A stretch of DNA of 64,000 nucleotides from Eledone cirrhosa (Eukaryota). Below, one piece after another: positions 57,868 to 64,000 of this stretch. The stretch lies in NCBI GenBank assembly GCA_964016885.1, contig OZ024740.1, positions 276,830,001 through 276,894,000 on the forward strand, in the 5' to 3' direction. The notes beneath the pieces were generated by a model. It was not told where the DNA came from. It worked only from the letters and a program-made list of their open reading frames with translations, and searched no databases. A program made the translations under genes and the position numbers. Position 1 is the stretch's first letter. Each line of letters begins with the position of its first letter.

Positions 57868-59578
57868 AACAATGGATGGGATGAAGAAAAATCTTGACCT
57901 GGTTACAACATTCTCAAAGGATATAGGAATGGAGTTTGGCCAATATCAATGCTCATACATGACTGTAAAGCGGAGAAAAACAACAACCCAATCTAGCAGC
58001 ATTGTCATTAATGGCCTAACTGTTTCACCAATATCTGATGAGGACTGCTACAGATACCTGGGGATAGATGCGAACATATCCTATAATGGTATCTGTAATA
58101 AGGAACGCGTAACCAAGGAATACTACACCGATTAAGAAAGATCTGGTCATCGGAACTCTCTGCGCAAAGCAAAACAGTGGCTCACAATGTGTTTGCTGTG
58201 CCTGTCCTAACACCAACGTTTGGAATACTCAATTGGACGATAGACGAAATCCGAGCAGTTGATGTTGGAACTCGAAAAATACTAAACACCGGAAACTTCC
58301 ACATCAACAGTGACATAGACCGCCTTTACTTGAAACGTAACACCAGTCCAGACAGCATTTGAATGTCGCATCATATCTTTCCCACAACATCTACGAACCT
58401 CAAAGCGTAGGAGCCCGTCTCTCGAGCAAGTCTATCTGCATGAAACAGATAAGATCATGAGAGTTTGGAAGGAACTCCTCGAGAGATATTCTCTGTGTGA
58501 TAATCAAAAACTAACACACGGGGAAGTCGCTCAGCAGTATCGCAGTGAATCCATGAATGAAAAACTGCATGTTTATCAGCCAAAAATCATGCATGGATAT
58601 GTTGCCAGGAAGCTCAAGATTGAGAGTAATATAGATAAGGAAAGTAGTCTATCTTGGACCAACAACCGCTATATTGGCTCCCACTTTGAAGGATACGCTT
58701 TTGCAATCCAAGAACAGGATATTAACACGAAATACCTGATTCACAAAAGAGATAGGGGTGCAGGAAATCACCTAGATGTGATAACAAATGCAGACACTGC
58801 AGAACTAACATCGAGGATAACACCCATGTCATCAACAGCTGTACAAAGATGTCATCGCGGTACTATCTACCTATGAGGCATGATGTAGTGGCCAAAACAC
58901 TGTACAATGTATTTCGTAAAAAAGATAGCCCCGATAATAAACACATTAAAAGCTACAACAATGTGGAAGACATAATATGAAAGAGAACTGGTGGAATGTT
59001 CCAGTAAAACCCCCAATAAAATGCAGGCATAACAGACCAGATATTATGGTAGGGGACAGGGAGAAGGAAGCATGCACAGTAGTGGAAATTAGCTGCCCAG
59101 CAGATGCCAATATAATATCAAAGATTAGTGAAAAGGAGAATATTTATGCAGAACTGATGAGAAATCTGCAGATACTCCACCCTGATTACACCTTCAGATT
59201 TATACCTGTGATTATTGGGGCACTGGGGTATGTTAGTAACTGCCGCAATTCAAATCTTGAGAAGCTAGGCTTGACAGGAACAGAAAGAACACAACTAGTT
59301 AGGAAATTACAAGTACAATCCATTAATGGAACAGTAAAATTATGTAAAACATTCCAAAAATGTTGCATCTAATAACTGCATATACACATGTACACATACA
59401 ACTCAAAACATCCACATCCACACATACAATAGCGTCCATATCTACACATGCATGCATACATACATCATCTACCTAGTTGATGTTGTGTAAATTCCAATGA
59501 GAGAGTCTTGTGTCTATGTTAGAAACCGACTCTCTCTCTATTTGGAAAAAATTTGTGAAATTATAAAACCAGAAGAAC
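57868..59578 (+). pseudogene. Decayed R4/Dong-clade non-LTR retrotransposon (RT C-terminus, CCHC, RLE, 3' UTR) ending in (CATA)n
   Basis: FSKDIGMEFG..C...YRYLGI; AHNVFAVPVLTPTFGILNWT; SDIDRLYL; MHG; EGYAFAIQEQDINTK; HNRPDIMV..VVEISCPAD...EKENIY..L; FIPVIIGALG. Multiple frameshifts. Confidence 0.9.
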
Positions 59579-59919
59579 ATACATACGTACATACCTACAC
59601 AGTGAGAGTGAAAGAAATGGAAAAATTTAAGCATTAACGGTAATGTTAATGATAGCAGGTAGATGAGAGAGAGGTAGGACAGAATAAAGTGTTAGATCAC
59701 GGCAATGCAACGGTTCACATTACTACTCAACTGAAGCTGAAACGGCGAACACTCTAAGTAAAGCAACCACGACAGATATACACTATAGTTTTTTCTTCAA
59801 TTATCTTTCAAAGGCCACACCAAGTGGAAATGTTCACAGGGCTTAAGTTAGTTAGAGAATGTGTCTCTCACGGTTGGCTTACTCAGAAACACTGGTTCCG
59901 CGGCGGGGCATAGAGCACG

Positions 59920-59983
<64 letters not shown>

Positions 59984-60077
59984 CATGTATGTATATATAT
60001 ATATATATGTATGTATGTATATTCATATATATGTATGTATATATACATATATAAATATATATATGTATGTATGTATG

Positions 60078-60189
<112 letters not shown>

Positions 60190-60218
60190 TATATCTGTGT
60201 TTGTGTATGTATGTGTGC

Positions 60219-60310
<92 letters not shown>

Positions 60311-60345
60311 TGTATGTATATGTATATATATATGTATGTATATGT

Positions 60346-60377
<32 letters not shown>

Positions 60378-60399
60378 GTATGTATATGTATATATATAT

Positions 60400-60473
<74 letters not shown>

Positions 60474-60534
60474 GTATGTATATGTATATATATGTATATA
60501 TATATATATATGTTTGTATAAGTATATATATACA

Positions 60535-60608
<74 letters not shown>

Positions 60609-60881
60609 TAAGTATGCATACGAAAAATAAAATTCCTATTTTATATATATATTCAAAGAAGTTTTTCAATACCTGTATCATTTACTAAACGTTTTCTTTA
60701 CCATAACAACCACCATTCTTCTCTCACATTCTATCCTCCTTTATATTTTCATTACTTTCCCTATTCTCTTCTATATTCTGTCTCCTCGAATAATCTTTCT
60801 TACTCCGCTCTTTCATTCTGTTTCTATTCTACTTTTCTAATCGTTATTTCTCAGATCCTTCCTCATGTCTCTCCGTATTAT

Positions 60882-61255
60882 GTGGATTGGCGGTATCGGT
60901 AGAGGGTCGGACTCTATGCTTTGACTTAAAGAGTTACAGCCCTTTCCATTCTGAGTTCAAATTCCGCCGAGGTTAACTTTGCCTTTCACCCTTATGGGGT
61001 CGATAAAATAAAGTACCAGTAATACACTGTTTAATTGCTGGCCTTGTGCCAAATGTAGAAACAATTATTTCTGATTGGCAGTATCGGTAGAGGGTCGGAC
61101 GCCATGCTTTCCAGCATAGTTACGTCCCTTTACGATCTGAGTTCAAATCCCGCCGAGGTTGACTTTGCCTTTCATCCTTACGGGGTCGATAAAATAAAGT
61201 ACCAGTAATGCACTGGATAATTGCTGGCCTTGTGCCTAAAATAGAAAAAATTATT
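60882..61255 (+). mobile_element. Two tandem SINE family A copies
   Basis: Units 60882-61068 and 61073-61255. Confidence 0.9.
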
Positions 61256-61310
61256 TCTACTAATAAGATATCAACATATATAACTCAGTTTTACTCGACT
61301 AACCAACATT

Positions 61311-61359
<49 letters not shown>

Positions 61360-62920
61360 TTATCTATATATCTATATATCTGTCTATCTATCTATCATCT
61401 ATTTATATATCTATGTTGGTCCGCTATTGTTGATGTTGTTGTTGGTGGTGTTGATAACTCATCATGCAGTTGCTACCGGACTGGTGCTGCTAGTGTAGTT
61501 GCTGTTGTCATTGGTGCTACTGCTGTTCTTTCACAAAGTTTGACGCAGCATGGTGGCGCCCCCCCCTCCCCCCAGAAATCCTTTAAGCTGTTGTAATTGC
61601 CACATAAATGACGCTAATGTTTTCTACCGTCAACTGCAACACGCAGCCCTATTCCATTCAGCATTTGAATAAGTTCCTGAATCTTATCCAGGTTTTTCAG
61701 TTTAATCTCAGACAGGAACTTCAAATTGACTCCTGATCAATTCTTCAACCGAATTCTTTTTACATCCCAGAGAGCACCGCTCCTCTCCAGTAGCATACAT
61801 GCCAAAATCTGCTAGATATTCAACTTCGATGAGTCACTAGAATTCCTCACCCTTTTTGTTGTTTTTTCCGAAACAGGGCGGGAAAACTGTAAATAGTGTT
61901 GCAGTAGGGAACTATAGGATGTAGGGTGAGAACCTCGCTTCTGAAAACCACTTCTATGCTCCCAAACTACCAAGCTTTTGCGATGAATTCAACGTCAGGT
62001 CACATTTCCTTTTTGGCTATTTTAAATGTGGACCTTTTTTGTTGTTTTTCTTGCAGTTACTGCCAATACCTCTATGGGACAGCTAATTGAGCCCTTATCT
62101 CCTTCACTTTAACCAATTTGGCTGCCTGTGCCAAGTATGAATTTTCGTTCTATCCAGGAAGATTTTGAAGAATCCAGTAATTGTCTCTACTGTAGACGCT
62201 TAAAGTGCGTCTGTTATTTCTTTTGTTATTATCGTGCTCAACTTTGTTGCTGGTGGTGTTCAGGATTTCTGTTGAAGTGGGGTTGCGGGGTTGATTATTT
62301 ATTTGCTGTTGTTGTCTTTCTTGTTCATAGTGCTATTGTTATTGCTCTTCTCATTGACATTGTTGTTAGTATTGTTTTCATTAGTACCATTTAAATTAGT
62401 CTTGATTCATTGGTTCAACCTACCACTGCTTGCTTTCGTTGTTGTACACATTGTTGACGATATCGTAGTTTTTGCTTCTGTCACCGCTATTATGGCTGTT
62501 ACTTTCAGTGATATTTTTGTTGTTCTAGTGGTAGTCTTTGGTATCTTTTAACTTTTTTTTTACTGCTACTCAACGGGTTCAAAGTATAATTGTTGCGGTT
62601 GTTTTTGTTCCTCCTGCCAGTGTTGTTGTTGCTATATTTTCGTTCCTTGCATATTTTTGAGATGTTGGTGGTGGTGTGTACTCCAGTTCAGCTCTGTTTG
62701 TTCTAGTTGAAATTTGTCTGTTCTATTTTACAGATGCAAAGGGGTGATGTTTGCCTCTATTTTTGTTTAAAAAATAAGAGACGTATTTGCATATGAAATA
62801 CACATTTTTCTCTGAAGGACCAAATTTGGAAGAACACCTTTTTTGAGGATTGTTGTAAATAATAAAAACCAGGAATTTACGTATCGATGGATATTAGGAA
62901 CACAGTTAAGGTAGTAATAA

Positions 62921-63240
62921 TAATTGGCACAAGGCCAGCAATTGCCCAGAGCATTACTGTTACTTTAATTTATCGACCCTATAAGGATGAAAGGCAAAGT
63001 TAACCTAAGGTAGTAATAATAATAATAATAATGATTTCTACTATAAGTACAAGACCAGCAATTTGTGGAGAGGAGAAAGTCGATTAAATCGACCCCGATG
63101 TACTACTGGTACTTTATTTAATCGACCCCGTAAGGAGGAAAAGCAAAGCTAACCTCGGTGGGATTTGAACTTTGACCGTAGAGGGCCGTACCTCTATGCT
63201 GAAAAGCATTGTGTCACGCTCTACCGATACTTCCAACCAA
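62921..63240 (-). mobile_element. SINE family A: partial copy plus long-tail variant
   Basis: 62921-63007 partial, 63032-63240 near full length; aaggtagtaataataat is duplicated around the partial copy. Confidence 0.85.
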
Positions 63241-64000
63241 CCAACCATAATAATAGTAATAATAATAATTAATAATTGATAAATTAAATAAAACTAAATG
63301 AAATTCAATAACATTAAATGTTCTAAGAAGATAGATAATATATATAACAGAACATTTTAAATGTTAGATAAAGTGAAATAAGAAGACCACGACACCCAAA
63401 CAAAGGAAATATTCCATATAACTGATGGAGATTTGAACCATTATTTCCTCAGGAATGTGCAGATATTATACCGGAGAATGCATTATAAACCATCTTAGGA
63501 AACGACAATTGGAGTTATACATATATAGACAACATTCACGATGTTTGGAAAATATTTGTATAGATAATGTATACATACATACATGGTTTTCGTAGAGTAG
63601 CAATAAGCTGTCCATTTCTAATACCTGGATAGCAGACAAATATAATCTAAAAACTAGAGAATTGAGTGATCTCAAAACGATAGGTCAAGCATAAACCTTC
63701 AAATTGTCTATACATTGCACTACGTCTTGACAGAAGCACTAAATAAGTAAATATATCAAGAATTAAATCTCTATCTGAATAATAGAAAAGCTATAAAGCA
63801 GGGTCGTATGACCGTAAATATTGGTTATTAATAAATACAACAATATTAGAAGACTACAGGCAATGAACTAATACATACTGCCTGGATTGGTTAGAAAAAA
63901 ATCCATGATTATATACAGTATTTATAGATCCTTGTACTAATCGTTGATGCAGCGTGTGTCACAGGCTCTTCTTCTCGGCAATATCTTTGCTATTTTGTCC

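Noticed and set aside
61560-62700. Possible minus-strand LINE ORF1 remnant
   Set aside because: Many stops and no diagnostic motif.

Overview
AT-rich, microsatellite-dense eukaryotic DNA. The SINE and repeat content resembles a coleoid cephalopod (Octopus-like) genome; this is an inference. I found no host protein-coding exon, and nearly all long ORFs in the track are translations of (TA)n, (TATG)n or (CAT)n repeats. The window is mostly transposon remnants: three Penelope-like (Naiad-type, RT + GIY-YIG) fragments, R4/Dong-type non-LTR fragments, RTE fragments and a tandem RTE-derived non-autonomous element, about 14 copies of one tRNA-derived SINE, a decayed maT/Tc1-mariner transposase, a mariner-type MITE, a MULE fragment, Helitron-like pieces and a 33-bp minisatellite. 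The main hidden signal lies in the short unique islands between (TA)n tracts. Many are fold-back (inverted-repeat) mini-elements with the layout (TA)n - arm - loop - inverted arm - unique tail - (TA)n. About a dozen minimal type I hammerhead ribozyme (HHR) folds from unrelated sequence families occur in the window, including U3-A8 and C4 core variants. There is also a 423-nt retrozyme-like HHR monomer with terminal redundancy and octamer/TATA motifs, and a candidate degenerate HDV-like ribozyme at the 5' end of the tandem RTE derivative. All folds and alignments were done by eye and element boundaries are approximate.
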